From Candidatus Latescibacterota bacterium (GTDB taxonomy: Bacteria > Latescibacterota > UBA2968 > GCA-2709665), in the NCBI GenBank assembly GCA_965208835.1, contig OZ242358.1, forward strand, positions 4,992,001 through 5,056,000: 64,000 bases of DNA, written 5' to 3'. Within the stretch, counting starts at the first letter, position 1. The number at the start of each line of letters is the position of its first letter. Of the stretch, positions 39,990 to 50,376 are shown piece after piece. The translations under genes were made by a program, and so were the position numbers. A model generated the notes under the pieces. That model did no database searches and had not been told where the DNA came from. It saw nothing but the letters and a program-made list of their open reading frames with translations.

Positions 39990-41357
39990 TTACGAAAGCC
40001 AGCTTTCCCAGTCGTTCAGAGTGACGAAGCGGCCGTCCTGAACGACGGTATAGTAAACGGTTTGCAGTCCCTGTCGACGGTCGGGTCCGAATGAAACTTT
40101 CTCCCCGATGCCGAGGTCGAAATTCCGGACCGAGAAGACCGCGTCCTCCAGCCCGGCCCTGTTGGGATTGTCTCCCAGGCGCCTGAGTATCTCGGTCATC
40201 AGCTTTGCGTCGAGAAAACCCTCCAGGCTGACAAAGCTCTGCTCGAACGGACTGTAGGGCTCTTTGACAAGTTCCTCGGGAACGGCCGGGTTGTAGCGCG
40301 CCATCAACTCGCGGTACTCTCTCACGGCAGGAATGGACGTGTCTTCATAGCTGGGCACGACCTGGGAGTTGACGAGGTACTTCGTATAAGTCTCCGCGTC
40401 ATCCCGGCCCTCACTGAGCAGATGCAGCAGATTCTCGCTGCCAACAAACGAGAGATTGGCGATCGGCACCTTCAGGCCCAGGTCGATCGCGTCGCGGGCG
40501 AAGGCTGCGCACGCGGCGTATGATCCGATGCAGATGACGGCGTCCGGAGAGGCCTTCTTCAAGATTTCAACCTGCCGCCTCATGCTTCCGGTGAACCTTT
40601 GACCCCGCCGGTAGGTCGCCTCGCCGGCGATTTGTCCGCCGTGCACCTCGATTGCCGCCCTCACACCCGCCCATCCGCTGCGTCCGTACGCGTCGGCCTG
40701 GTAGAACACGGCGATCCGCTTTCTGCCGGTCCGAACGAAGTTGTTCACAAGGCCGGCGGTCTCCTGGCGATAGGACGCCCGGAGGTTGAACGCGAAATCC
40801 CCATAGGGCGGCTCCCTCTGCGGCTGGGCGCCGGTAAACGGGAAGAACAGGTAGACCCGCTGGTCCTGGAATTTTTTCAGCAGGGGAAGCGCACGAGTAA
40901 CGGTGGGCGTGCCAACGTAGCCGAAAAGCAGGAAGACACGATCCTCGATCATGAGTCTCATGGTGTTCTTTACACACGGATCCGGCTGGTACCCGTCGTC
41001 GTACAGCTTGAAGTCTATCTTACGGCCGCCAACGCCGCCATTGTTATTGACATGGTTGAAGTAGGATTTGGCTCCTCTATAGAGTTCGCTGCCGAGCCCC
41101 CGGGAGGGCCCGGAAAACGCGGCGGACATACCCAGGACGATCTTGCCGTCATAAACGCCTTCAAAACCTTCGCCACTGCCCGAATCATCCGGTAAAACCC
41201 TGCCTGAACCGCCGTCCTGGGCTCCAGCGTCCTGCCAACTTCCCCAGGATAACGCCAGCAGCCCGAGTAAACCTCGACGGAGCATCGACCTTCGCGTAAG
41301 ATCGGACGCCTGGCCGCCCCGCCCGTCGTGTCCCTCGGTGCAATTGGGAATTCTCAT
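39990..41357 (-). CDS. Tat-exported LivJ-type (PBP1) ligand-binding protein
   Basis: TRRSMLRR twin-arginine signal; IVLGMSAAFSGP, YDDGYQP, LFGYVGTPT, FNLRASY. Confidence 0.85.
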   Translation of the reverse strand: MRIPNCTEGHDGRGGQASDLTRRSMLRRGLLGLLALSWGSWQDAGAQDGGSGRVLPDDSGSGEGFEGVYDGKIVLGMSAAFSGPSRGLGSELYRGAKSYFNHVNNNGGVGGRKIDFKLYDDGYQPDPCVKNTMRLMIEDRVFLLFGYVGTPTVTRALPLLKKFQDQRVYLFFPFTGAQPQREPPYGDFAFNLRASYRQETAGLVNNFVRTGRKRIAVFYQADAYGRSGWAGVRAAIEVHGGQIAGEATYRRGQRFTGSMRRQVEILKKASPDAVICIGSYAACAAFARDAIDLGLKVPIANLSFVGSENLLHLLSEGRDDAETYTKYLVNSQVVPSYEDTSIPAVREYRELMARYNPAVPEELVKEPYSPFEQSFVSLEGFLDAKLMTEILRRLGDNPNRAGLEDAVFSVRNFDLGIGEKVSFGPDRRQGLQTVYYTVVQDGRFVTLNDWESWLS

Positions 41358-41393
41358 TCCGCTCCTCGTCAACTGAAATGCGGCTTGCCTGAA

Positions 41394-41586
41394 TGCGGGT
41401 AGAGGGTAGACCAAAGGCGGTGAGACGTAAGCCGGGAGAGGTTAGAGATGTCCTGCCTCGTGAGGATTCTTTTCGTGCCGAAGGCAACGAGGAATTAAAT
41501 ATCGGGCGAGGATATCATCTACCGTCTACCCTCTCACCTCTACCCACCTTTCTTCTACCGTCTACCGTCTCCCGTCTACCCGCTTC
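41394..41586 (+). repeat. Hairpin repeat element, copy 4
   Basis: Core gcctcgtgaggattcttttcgtgccgaaggcaacgaggaattaaatatcgggcgagg carries the compensatory cctcg/cgagg pair. Confidence 0.85.
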
Positions 41587-41714
41587 TGAGGGGCCCGGGG
41601 GAGAGGTCCCGTTCACGTCCAGCAACCTGGTGTATCCTGGTAATCCGCAGTTTAATCGCCTTTATCAACTTGCATATATTCGGTGTAACGTCCGCGAATA
41701 CATACGAATCATGG

Positions 41715-42836
41715 TCAAAAATTGTAGGTAAAGTGAATATCCAGCCGGTTGGCGATCCCGTCGTTCGGTCCCTTGTAGGAGGTTTTCCAGTAAAGATATT
41801 CGACGGCTACCTGTAACGGCTTCCACGGCCGATAACGGCCGACTGCAAAGAAGGCCCCATTCCTGGTGCGCCCTCCCGAGGGCACGGCATCCTCATCCGG
41901 CTGCTCCATCGTTGCCCCGGCGTAGAGCTTCCACTGGGCATTGGGCATGATCACAATCTGCGCCCACCCGCCGGTAGAGGCGATCTCCTCGCCCGTCGCT
42001 GTGTTGACCCCCTGTCCGATGCCGCCGCGGATGTCCGTGAGATTTTTCCCGGTCCAGGCTTCGCCCTGTACCATAAACTGGTCGGTAAGTGAGATCGAAG
42101 CGTCAACTCCCACCGCGGTCGAGGTGAAGCTTGTCTCGCCCCTGTCGCCCACGGGGACGGCTGTCTCCTCGGCGCCCCAATGCGCCCAGGCGCCTCCCTT
42201 GAACTTCGGCTGCGCGAATCCCAGCCGGGCCTGCAGGAAAGGCAATGCGGCATCCCAGCCATCCAGAATGCCATTCTTGTCCAGGTCTTTCTTATCCACG
42301 GCCCCGGTCTGTCCCGCCGCAATCGCCAGGGAAAACCCGCCCTCAGGCTTGTACGTGAGCCGCGCCTGGGGATGACGGTCTCCAAGATTGCCCGCGTGCC
42401 ACATCAGACCGTCATTGTTGGCGATCGGGAATATCGGCGAAATGACGTCCCAGCACTGACCGGCGAGAAAGTGCCAGTCTCCCCGCTGAAGATTGAAATA
42501 GGCCTGCCGGAGGCGCAGAATCTGGCGCGATTCGCTGCCCCCGTTCTGAAAGTCGATCTCGACGAGTCCGCTTATGCTTGAGTTTTCGTCCAACTTCACG
42601 GGTTTGAATCTCGCCCCAAGGCGGGTGAGACGCGGGTACATGGTCAAATTGCCATCGGTTTCGGCCCCAGGTTCTTCCGGCTTTACCCAGAAGCCGAATT
42701 GGTGGCTCTGCATCTTCGAATCGTCGAAAACGGCGTCGAAGCGGACAAAGCCGTAAATCGACAATTCTCCGGCAAAAGCCCATTGTCCCCCGCTGAGCAG
42801 ACAACCCAGAATCGCTGCGGCAATTGCCTTTTTCAA
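41715..42836 (-). CDS. Outer-membrane porin, DcaP-like
   Basis: Signal peptide, IYGFVRFD, TRLG, EIDF..LRLRQAY..LAGQ.W, terminal YNF. Confidence 0.78.
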   Translation of the reverse strand: MKKAIAAAILGCLLSGGQWAFAGELSIYGFVRFDAVFDDSKMQSHQFGFWVKPEEPGAETDGNLTMYPRLTRLGARFKPVKLDENSSISGLVEIDFQNGGSESRQILRLRQAYFNLQRGDWHFLAGQCWDVISPIFPIANNDGLMWHAGNLGDRHPQARLTYKPEGGFSLAIAAGQTGAVDKKDLDKNGILDGWDAALPFLQARLGFAQPKFKGGAWAHWGAEETAVPVGDRGETSFTSTAVGVDASISLTDQFMVQGEAWTGKNLTDIRGGIGQGVNTATGEEIASTGGWAQIVIMPNAQWKLYAGATMEQPDEDAVPSGGRTRNGAFFAVGRYRPWKPLQVAVEYLYWKTSYKGPNDGIANRLDIHFTYNF

Positions 42837-42935
42837 GAGTCACTCCTTCGCAGGTGAGTATCCAGATCCAGCGGCGCGCAGGCAGTACAAATCCATGGCC
42901 TGCCTTTCTTGTCGAACGCCACGTGGACGGAAAAT

Positions 42936-43169
42936 CTAGGATTCGGCGGGTTCTTCCGCACCGTCGCCGTTTTGCGCGCGGATGCGTTCCACGAATGACC
43001 TGCCCTTGTTGACGGCTTTGTCCACGTTGCGTCGAACGGTCTGGCGGGTTTCGGTACCGCTCCGGGGCGCCAGCAGAACGCCGGCGATTATCCCCAGAGC
43101 CATCCCGATGATGGCGCCGAGACCGAAAACGCCCAGGCAAAACCCCATGTTATTCATCTCACGATCCAC
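42936..43169 (-). CDS. YtxH-domain small membrane protein
   Basis: GAIIGMALGIIAGVLLAPRSGTETR. Confidence 0.82.
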   Translation of the reverse strand: MDREMNNMGFCLGVFGLGAIIGMALGIIAGVLLAPRSGTETRQTVRRNVDKAVNKGRSFVERIRAQNGDGAEEPAES

Positions 43170-43362
43170 CGAAGCCTCCTGGTCAGTTGGTTGTCCTCAT
43201 TGAGATTCTCGCAGGAATCCCTAATTTATAATGCAAATTATCAGATTAGTCAATGTATTTGGTTGAATCTGCCCCGAAACGGCGCGCATAATCCCCAAGC
43301 ACATATAATCTCTGACGAACTTCCGCACCCGCCCTGCCGAAGGCGTCGCGACACATTCTCCT

Positions 43363-44463
43363 TCAATAATCCCACGGAATCCGATACGGGTGCGTGAATC
43401 CTTCGGGTTCCCGCAGTACGATTTCATAGGCGGTGAGGATTTGCGTCCGTACACCCGGATAGGCGCCCCGGTCCGGCGGGCCCACCCCCATCACCAGCGC
43501 CTCCGGCATCTCGAACGCCGCCCGGAAACCCAGCGTCTTCAACACCTCCGTCTTCGTCGTTTTGCCCGGCGTGTCCAACGTGCGCAGACGGCAGAACCCC
43601 ATGTCCGCGGCCGACTTCAGGATACCGTCGAACAACGCGCGGCACCGGTCCAGGCGCCAGGAACCCCGGTACAGATACATATCCATCAGCCCGATATGGG
43701 CCTCGTGCCGGTTGTCCCATCGCGTAGTCCGCCACGGCGCCAGCGTTGAGAACCCGATCAACTTCGATCCGGAAAACAATCCGAGCATCCGTACGTGCCG
43801 CGCCTCGGAACGCCCCTCCGACAGCTTCGGAATCTCCACCAGAATCTGGCCCTCGTGCAGCTGATCGTCCGCAAACAGCGTCAGCAGATAACTCTTCACC
43901 GGAACGTCAGGGTCCACCGCGGAGTTCAGCAGGACCTGAATCTCGTTCAGATGGCTGAAATCGAGGGGCCGCACCTCCAGCGGGTCGGAATCTTCAATAC
44001 GGAAGTACGCATCCAGGTATTCCTGTATACTCGCGCCGCCGTAGTCCAAACCCAGCCATTCCGGATGGTCTTTCACCACGTCCCGAAACCCGCACTTTTC
44101 ATATACCCGGTGTGCGATGCTCGGGCCGGTGTCGATGAACATCGCCTCGGCGCCCGTCTCTCTCACCGCGTCGATGCACAGCTTCAGCAGCCTCCCGCCC
44201 AGCCCCTTCCGCTTGTGTTCGTCGGCAAACATCCCATAGTGTCCCAGCCGCCCCCAGGGACTGTGCCGGGACGTTAGCGTCCACCCCTCTCCCACGATCT
44301 CGCCGTTGAGATCCGCCACAAACCGCCGGATATTTTCAAAATACCCGTACGGATTGATTCCGCACAGTGTGAACGGCACCTCGGTATCACTCTGGATTTC
44401 TCTGAACCCCTGTTCGCGGATCGCATAGTCATCCACCTGTTCGATGATTCCGGGTTTAGACAT
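43363..44463 (-). CDS. GNAT-family acetyltransferase (probably two domains)
   Basis: HKRKGLGGRLL, AHRVYEKCGF; second region LKTLGF. Confidence 0.75.
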   Translation of the reverse strand: MSKPGIIEQVDDYAIREQGFREIQSDTEVPFTLCGINPYGYFENIRRFVADLNGEIVGEGWTLTSRHSPWGRLGHYGMFADEHKRKGLGGRLLKLCIDAVRETGAEAMFIDTGPSIAHRVYEKCGFRDVVKDHPEWLGLDYGGASIQEYLDAYFRIEDSDPLEVRPLDFSHLNEIQVLLNSAVDPDVPVKSYLLTLFADDQLHEGQILVEIPKLSEGRSEARHVRMLGLFSGSKLIGFSTLAPWRTTRWDNRHEAHIGLMDMYLYRGSWRLDRCRALFDGILKSAADMGFCRLRTLDTPGKTTKTEVLKTLGFRAAFEMPEALVMGVGPPDRGAYPGVRTQILTAYEIVLREPEGFTHPYRIPWDY

Positions 44464-44532
44464 GGGTCCATCCGTCCACGCGAAATCTCCGTTCCCCGAC
44501 GATTGGAACCGGGAACTGCGTTCGGGCGCCGC

Positions 44533-45813
44533 TCATGTTCCTTTGCGATCGTAAAACCACGCGAGCGGATAGACTCGCAGTACCAGTTCGCCGGGCTTTC
44601 TGGCCGTGAGCTTCCGTTCACCGAGCGTCACGGCTTCGCCGGTGTCCTCATCCGCCTCCACCCAGCTTCGATGATATATCAGCAGCACGCGGTCGCCGTG
44701 AAACCAGACGTTCGCGTAATCGAACGTCGCGAAGTCGTTCGGCAGCGTCCCCAGTTCCGGAAGTGCGATCACGGGGCTGACGGGATACTGAGGGGGGACC
44801 CGTTCCACGTCCTCCATCCCACCGCTGAGTTCGATGGTCCTGAAGTGAGACCAACTGGCGCCGCCGTCGCTCGAAATCGCCGAGGACAGTCTCCCCCGAC
44901 GGTACCCCCTCAGGATTTCCTCCCGCGACGTCTGGTTCCAGACGCACATCAAGTCGCCCGTACCCGGAATCCGTCTAAGCCTGGGCGGCGAATAAGAAGC
45001 GGCCAGGTCGCTCGGAACCACGGGCGTCCAGGTCTCGCCGCCGTCCTCGCTGTAACACTGCACCAGCCGTCCCACCGTGGACCTCGCCATCATCATCAGC
45101 CGTCCGTCGGGACACACCGCTACGCCGGGTTCATCCACGGCGGTGATGCCGCCGCGGCCGTTCGGTATGCCCTCGTCATCGAACCAGCCCATCAACTGGC
45201 CCCCGCACATCTGCCACGTGCGGCCGTCGTCGTCCGAATAGCTCACCGCGGCAATATCCACCTCCGGGTAATGATAGTGCCCGCTCACCTGAAGGCGCAG
45301 CCCCTTCCAGGACCCGTAGCTGCTCACCCGCGCGTACTCCAATCCAGAATGGTGGTTGTTGCTGTGGCAGATCCGGCTCGGCATCACCAGCCTGCCGCCG
45401 GGCATCTGAATCATCGTATCGTAATACGGCCCCCCGAGCAGATTCATCGGCCACCCTCCGGACCAGGACCCGCCCTCGTCTTCAGATACCGACAGGTAGA
45501 ACGGATTCCAGTTGAACATCTCGGATCCGCGATGCCGGTTTCCCTTTCCGAGATGCGCGAGGGCAAGCCCGCCCGACTGCAGCCGGACGCACGACAGGCA
45601 GGAGGTTTCTCCCAGGGATTCCCAGTCGGGCGCTTCCGCTTCTTCCCAGGTCAATCCGGCGTCTCCGGACCGGTAACATCTGCGGCCCGCTATCATCAGC
45701 AGTCCGCCCCGCGCCTCCACAACAGCCGTCGCGCTTCCGGCGCCAACCCCGATATGCTCGATAACGCCCTCAGGGGCCGGCTTTCGAAAATTCGGCTTTC
45801 CCGAATCGGCCAT
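44533..45813 (-). CDS. Sialidase-like BNR/Asp-box beta-propeller
   Basis: Five Asp-boxes: SGDAGLTW, SEDEGGSW, SDDDGRTW, SEDGGETW, SSDGGASW. Confidence 0.82.
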   Translation of the reverse strand: MADSGKPNFRKPAPEGVIEHIGVGAGSATAVVEARGGLLMIAGRRCYRSGDAGLTWEEAEAPDWESLGETSCLSCVRLQSGGLALAHLGKGNRHRGSEMFNWNPFYLSVSEDEGGSWSGGWPMNLLGGPYYDTMIQMPGGRLVMPSRICHSNNHHSGLEYARVSSYGSWKGLRLQVSGHYHYPEVDIAAVSYSDDDGRTWQMCGGQLMGWFDDEGIPNGRGGITAVDEPGVAVCPDGRLMMMARSTVGRLVQCYSEDGGETWTPVVPSDLAASYSPPRLRRIPGTGDLMCVWNQTSREEILRGYRRGRLSSAISSDGGASWSHFRTIELSGGMEDVERVPPQYPVSPVIALPELGTLPNDFATFDYANVWFHGDRVLLIYHRSWVEADEDTGEAVTLGERKLTARKPGELVLRVYPLAWFYDRKGT

Positions 45814-45907
45814 GCTTATTTCCTCCAGGTCTCGTTACGCACACATTCGAAGAATCGAGGGCGGGATCCCGGCCATGAAGGGTATTCAGGGTCGAACGCC
45901 CCATCAG

Positions 45908-47290
45908 CTACCGGAAGCGAATGGCGTAGAGATCGGCCTCCTTCATCGCCGCGCGAAGACGCACCGGCCTTCCGGCAAGCCCGGACACGTCTGAGCCGCT
46001 TTCCCAGCTGACCGTCCGCGCAATCTCGTCTCCAAAGATCTCGGCGCTTTCGGAGAGCGTGCGGCCCTCGATGGGGTTGCACCGTTCGTCCTGCAACTCG
46101 AACCGGATTTCGCCGGCCACCGACGTCGAGTAGTTGATGACCAGCTCGGTGCCAGCGAAGGTGAAGGGCCTGGTTATCATCTCGCCACCGCCGAAGGGCG
46201 CGTTGACGGAGACGAAACCGTCGGTCCGAAGAACGCCCCGACGGAGACGGCACGTCGGGTTCCGGTAGTTCTCCACGTAGTAGATCGAAATTTCATCGGC
46301 GCCGGTGGGCACAACGCCCACGCCGGCGGCCATATTCCGCTCATTCCAGTTCCTTGCGTCAAGGCCCGGGCGGATGAACGGCCCCATGAACCGGCGGTCC
46401 CACCGGATGCCGTCACGGCTGGACATGAAGACCCCCTCTGACAGGCCGTCGAACCCCCAGTCCTTGTGGAACTTCCGGCCAACCCGGAGCCGCTTGGGGA
46501 ACATCAGGTAGACGTGGGGAGCGCGGAAGTAGAGGGTCGCAGCGTTGGTGTACAGGTGCTCCTTCTGCGTTCCGCCCATGTCGATCAGCTCCGGCACGGA
46601 CCAGTCCAGGAAGTCGTCCGACTCGGCCCTCCGAATCGACCGGTAGACGCCGCCCCGAGCGGGGCCTCCGCCGCGGTCGCAATCGGGCGTGAAACCCCTC
46701 AAATAGCTGACGTACTTGCGAATGTTGACGTCCCAGAAGGCTACGTTGGGTGAGTCGAAGACGGGGCGGTCGTTGGGTGGCGCATGCAGGATCGGTCCGT
46801 CCCGGATCAGGTCCCAAACGATGCCGTCGGTCGAACCATAGCCGTAAATCGTGGAGCGCCCGTCCAGCTTTTCACCCCTCAGGAAGCCCTTGTACCGCTG
46901 CGAGGCCGACGCGGCAGGATTGGGATCCTTGAAGACGCAGGCGTTCCAGTGTGTGGCCCCCATGACGATGTTGTTCTCCTTCGAGCCCTCGAACTCGTGG
47001 AGCCCGAGGGTTGGACGCTCGAAGTGGATGCCGTCGGGGCTCTCGGCGTAACAGGTCGTCCTGTTCGTTCCGTCAGCGCCGGTGCCGCGGTACCACAGGC
47101 GGTAGCGCCCGTCGTCGAGGATAACGTTGGCGACCCAGGACGTCTCCCCTTCCCAGGGTTGGACGAAGTCGAGGGCAACCTCAGCCGGCGCCGGAGGATG
47201 GAGTTTGAGGCTCGTGTCCGTCATCGTGTCGATCAGCCAGTCGTCGATGAACAGCTCAAGCCTGGAGCCTATGTCTCTGGTACCAGCGAT
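45908..47290 (-). CDS. Beta-propeller glycoside-hydrolase-like protein (GH32/43-like); probable ATC start
   Basis: YAESPDGIHF, STDGIVW, SRDGIRW, LRTDGFVSV; frame is open to ATC 47290 behind AGGAGG. Confidence 0.72.
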   Translation of the reverse strand: MAGTRDIGSRLELFIDDWLIDTMTDTSLKLHPPAPAEVALDFVQPWEGETSWVANVILDDGRYRLWYRGTGADGTNRTTCYAESPDGIHFERPTLGLHEFEGSKENNIVMGATHWNACVFKDPNPAASASQRYKGFLRGEKLDGRSTIYGYGSTDGIVWDLIRDGPILHAPPNDRPVFDSPNVAFWDVNIRKYVSYLRGFTPDCDRGGGPARGGVYRSIRRAESDDFLDWSVPELIDMGGTQKEHLYTNAATLYFRAPHVYLMFPKRLRVGRKFHKDWGFDGLSEGVFMSSRDGIRWDRRFMGPFIRPGLDARNWNERNMAAGVGVVPTGADEISIYYVENYRNPTCRLRRGVLRTDGFVSVNAPFGGGEMITRPFTFAGTELVINYSTSVAGEIRFELQDERCNPIEGRTLSESAEIFGDEIARTVSWESGSDVSGLAGRPVRLRAAMKEADLYAIRFR

Positions 47291-47320
47291 GGTTCATCCT
47301 CCTGTCCCGACGCCTCGGGG

Positions 47321-48544
47321 TTAATTCCAATCGACAGGCGATTCCAGCACACCCAGCACGGCCCTTCTGACGCGGTCCAGGCCCTGAATCACGGTCCACC
47401 GTCGAACCAGGTCGGAGTCTTCGAAGCGCCGCCCCTGCTCGTTCGTCCTCATTTCTCCCGGCCCTCGAACCGCTATCACCGTCGAATTTCCATTAAACGG
47501 GCCGATCATCGCCAGCCCGACGCCGCCGTCGGCCGCGGCCCGCTCCGCCAGCAGTCCGGCCAGCATCCGATCGTCGGATCCTTTCGGCAAGTCCCTGCGC
47601 GCGGCCGTCTGCGCCCGCTCGGCATCGCTCTCATGCAAATCTGAAATGACGACACGCTCGAATCCCGCTTCGTTCAACTCCCGCGTCAGTTGTCCCCCGG
47701 TCAAGGTATCCACCACGCCCAGCTTCATATCCCGCTCTGACAGCAGCCGGCCCACGACTTCGGCTACCGTCTCTTTGTCGACGCCGTAGACCGCCACGCC
47801 CAGCCGTTTTCGGAGTTCGGCCTCCATACCGGCAATGAGCGCGTCGGCATCCGCCTCCGAATCGGCCCTGGCTGTCACGCGAACATCCGTCTGTCCCGCG
47901 TGCGCGGCCAGGCCAACCGTCGGATTCGACGACGCCATCAGGTCCCCGATACCCCGGTCGATATTGCTCTCGCCGACCGCGCACGTCCGGAGTACCCGCA
48001 CCCGGATTACCTTTATCCCTCCCATCCTTTCCACGAGCAGCGGCACGAGGGTATGCTCCAGCAGGTGCGCCAGTTCCCTGGGGACGCCGGGAAGGCAGAC
48101 AATGAACCCGCGTTCTTCCGTATCTTCGCTCAGAAAACACGGCGCGGTCCCGACGGGGTTCTCAAGCGGCAGCGCGCCCTCCGGCAGGTACGCCTGCCGT
48201 TTGTTGTTCGCGGCCATCCTCCGGCCGAAACCGCGAAAACGGGCCGCGATCTGGCGTTCCAGTTCCTCGCTGTAGATCAGCTTCCGGCCCGTCGCGCGCG
48301 CAATCGCCTGCCTGGTCACATCGTCCACGGTCGGTCCGATGCCTCCCGACGTGATCACCACGTCCGACCGATCCAGCGCGAGATTGAGTACCTGCGTTAT
48401 GCGGTCCTCGTTGTCGCCCACGGTGGTCTTGTAATAGAGGTCCAGGCCAATATTCCGGCACGCCACGGCCAGCAGGTTCGCGTTCGTGTCCACGATTTCA
48501 CCCAGCAGAAGCTCGGTCCCGATCATCACAATTTCCGCGCGCAC
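47321..48544 (-). CDS. cinA: CinA-family protein (MoCF domain + degenerate PncC domain)
   Basis: IGTELLLGEIVDTN, VGDN, GGIGPTVDDVT, LPGVPREL. Confidence 0.88.
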   Translation of the reverse strand: MRAEIVMIGTELLLGEIVDTNANLLAVACRNIGLDLYYKTTVGDNEDRITQVLNLALDRSDVVITSGGIGPTVDDVTRQAIARATGRKLIYSEELERQIAARFRGFGRRMAANNKRQAYLPEGALPLENPVGTAPCFLSEDTEERGFIVCLPGVPRELAHLLEHTLVPLLVERMGGIKVIRVRVLRTCAVGESNIDRGIGDLMASSNPTVGLAAHAGQTDVRVTARADSEADADALIAGMEAELRKRLGVAVYGVDKETVAEVVGRLLSERDMKLGVVDTLTGGQLTRELNEAGFERVVISDLHESDAERAQTAARRDLPKGSDDRMLAGLLAERAAADGGVGLAMIGPFNGNSTVIAVRGPGEMRTNEQGRRFEDSDLVRRWTVIQGLDRVRRAVLGVLESPVDWN

Positions 48545-48565
48545 AATCCCCTCTCAAGTGTCCTG

Positions 48566-50155
48566 TCAACGAAATGCCGGCGCGGCGGCGGGCTCTATCG
48601 CCACGTTCACGCACGAGGGAAGGCCGGACGCCACCGCGTCGTGCAGCGCGGCCGGGAGATCCTCCGCGCGGTCTACAAGGGCACCGTATCCGCCCAGCGC
48701 CTCTGCCACCCGATCGTACCTCGTATCCAGCAGATCGCACCCGATGGTTCGATCGGACCCGTAGGTTTCGACCTGGAGAACGTGCTCTGCATTCCACCTT
48801 GCGTCGTTTCCGACGATTGCGACCACCGGCAACCCATAGCGCAGCGCCGTATCCAGTTCCATCGCGTGGTAACCGAACGTCCCGTCCCCCAGGAAGACGA
48901 ATACGGTCCTGTCCGGAAAGGCCAGCTTTGCCGCCAGACCCATCGGCAACGCGCTCCCGATTGCGCCGGACGGTCCGTTGATCAACCTGATCTCCGCCGC
49001 CAGTCCCGCCTGCGCCCACTGCCCGAACTCCCCGCCGTCGCTCACGAGGATCGCACCGTCATCCAGGAACGGCTGTACCGCCTCGCACACGCCCAAAGGA
49101 TGTACGGGGCTGGCGTCCAGGCGCAGCAGGCCGTCCCATTCCGCCGGTGCGGCGACACGCAAACTGTCCGCGTCTGACCGCCACGACCCGGAATTCCAGG
49201 ACCGGGCGCGCGCCATTTCCGCAAGCCGTCGCGTCGTTTCCCACGGATCCGCGCAATGACGCAACGTCACACCGTCGTGGTCCCTCAATTCGCTTTGATC
49301 CGCGTCGATCTGAATAAACCTTTGCTGTACGGAAAAAAACGGGCGCTGCCCGAAGCGCAGCGAAAAATCGAGCTTCTTGCCAAGCAGAAGCAAAACGTCG
49401 GCGCTCGCCAGGCACGCGGCCGCCCGGCGCAGCGCCGGATCGTTCACGCCGCGCGGGCTTTCCATCGGCAGCGCCGGAATTCCCGTTGCCTCCGCCAGCG
49501 CTTCCACGGCCAGCCAGCGCTGCCCCCGCCCCATCGCGGGTCCGGCCAGAATCAGCGGCCGATCCGCCCTGCTCAGCAGAGCCAGCACGCCTTCCAGATC
49601 CCCGTTCACCGCATCATCCGCGCCTTTCGAAGGCGCATTGCGCGAGCGGCCTGCAGATGCCTCCAGGACATCCGACGGTAGACTCAGGTGCACCGGGCCG
49701 GGTCGGCCGGATACCGCCATTTCCAACGCCCTGTAAAGGTCGCTTTCAAGATCATCGCTCCCCTCAACCCGCCAGGACGCCTTACTGACGGGCCGCGCGG
49801 CGGCCGCCTGGTCAATCTCCTGGAACGCGCCCTTTCCGATCTGCGCCTCGGGACAGTGACCGCTCAACATCAACAGCGGCGACTCCGCCATCAGCGCCAC
49901 GTAGAGCGCCGTCAGCCCGTTGCAGTGGCCGGGCCCCGCGGTCAGCAATGCGACGCCGGGCTCCTCCGTCAACCTGCCCCAGCCGTCCGCCATGTGGACG
50001 GCCGCGGCTTCGTGGCGGGTGTGGATCAGTTCGATGTCCTGTCCGATGGTCGCATCGTAGACCGAAAGGATCTGGTTGCCAGAAAGCGAAAACAGGTGCT
50101 TTACCCCGGCGGCCATCAGCCCTTCAACCAGCACCTCCGCACCCGTCATTGGCAT
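48566..50155 (-). CDS. Thiamine-pyrophosphate enzyme, acetolactate synthase-like lyase
   Basis: TRHEAAAVHMADGW, GAFQEIDQ, GDGTFG...GND. Confidence 0.9.
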   Translation of the reverse strand: MPMTGAEVLVEGLMAAGVKHLFSLSGNQILSVYDATIGQDIELIHTRHEAAAVHMADGWGRLTEEPGVALLTAGPGHCNGLTALYVALMAESPLLMLSGHCPEAQIGKGAFQEIDQAAAARPVSKASWRVEGSDDLESDLYRALEMAVSGRPGPVHLSLPSDVLEASAGRSRNAPSKGADDAVNGDLEGVLALLSRADRPLILAGPAMGRGQRWLAVEALAEATGIPALPMESPRGVNDPALRRAAACLASADVLLLLGKKLDFSLRFGQRPFFSVQQRFIQIDADQSELRDHDGVTLRHCADPWETTRRLAEMARARSWNSGSWRSDADSLRVAAPAEWDGLLRLDASPVHPLGVCEAVQPFLDDGAILVSDGGEFGQWAQAGLAAEIRLINGPSGAIGSALPMGLAAKLAFPDRTVFVFLGDGTFGYHAMELDTALRYGLPVVAIVGNDARWNAEHVLQVETYGSDRTIGCDLLDTRYDRVAEALGGYGALVDRAEDLPAALHDAVASGLPSCVNVAIEPAAAPAFR

Positions 50156-50376
50156 GAATTGCTTCCTTCCCGTGTCTTCGGCATCAGCGCCGGGGGCCAT
50201 CGAACTACATTTCTCGACCCGGAAACCGAATGTCGAACCTACTGTCCTGTCCCGAAAATTCCTCACCATTCGACCGCCGATTCATCCTGTCTCGCTACGT
50301 TCCCCTCGCTTGCCGACCTTACGCAGGTCGGTGGCGCCTTGCGAGCCAGGGGACTCGACGGTCGAATTTTGGCAAC

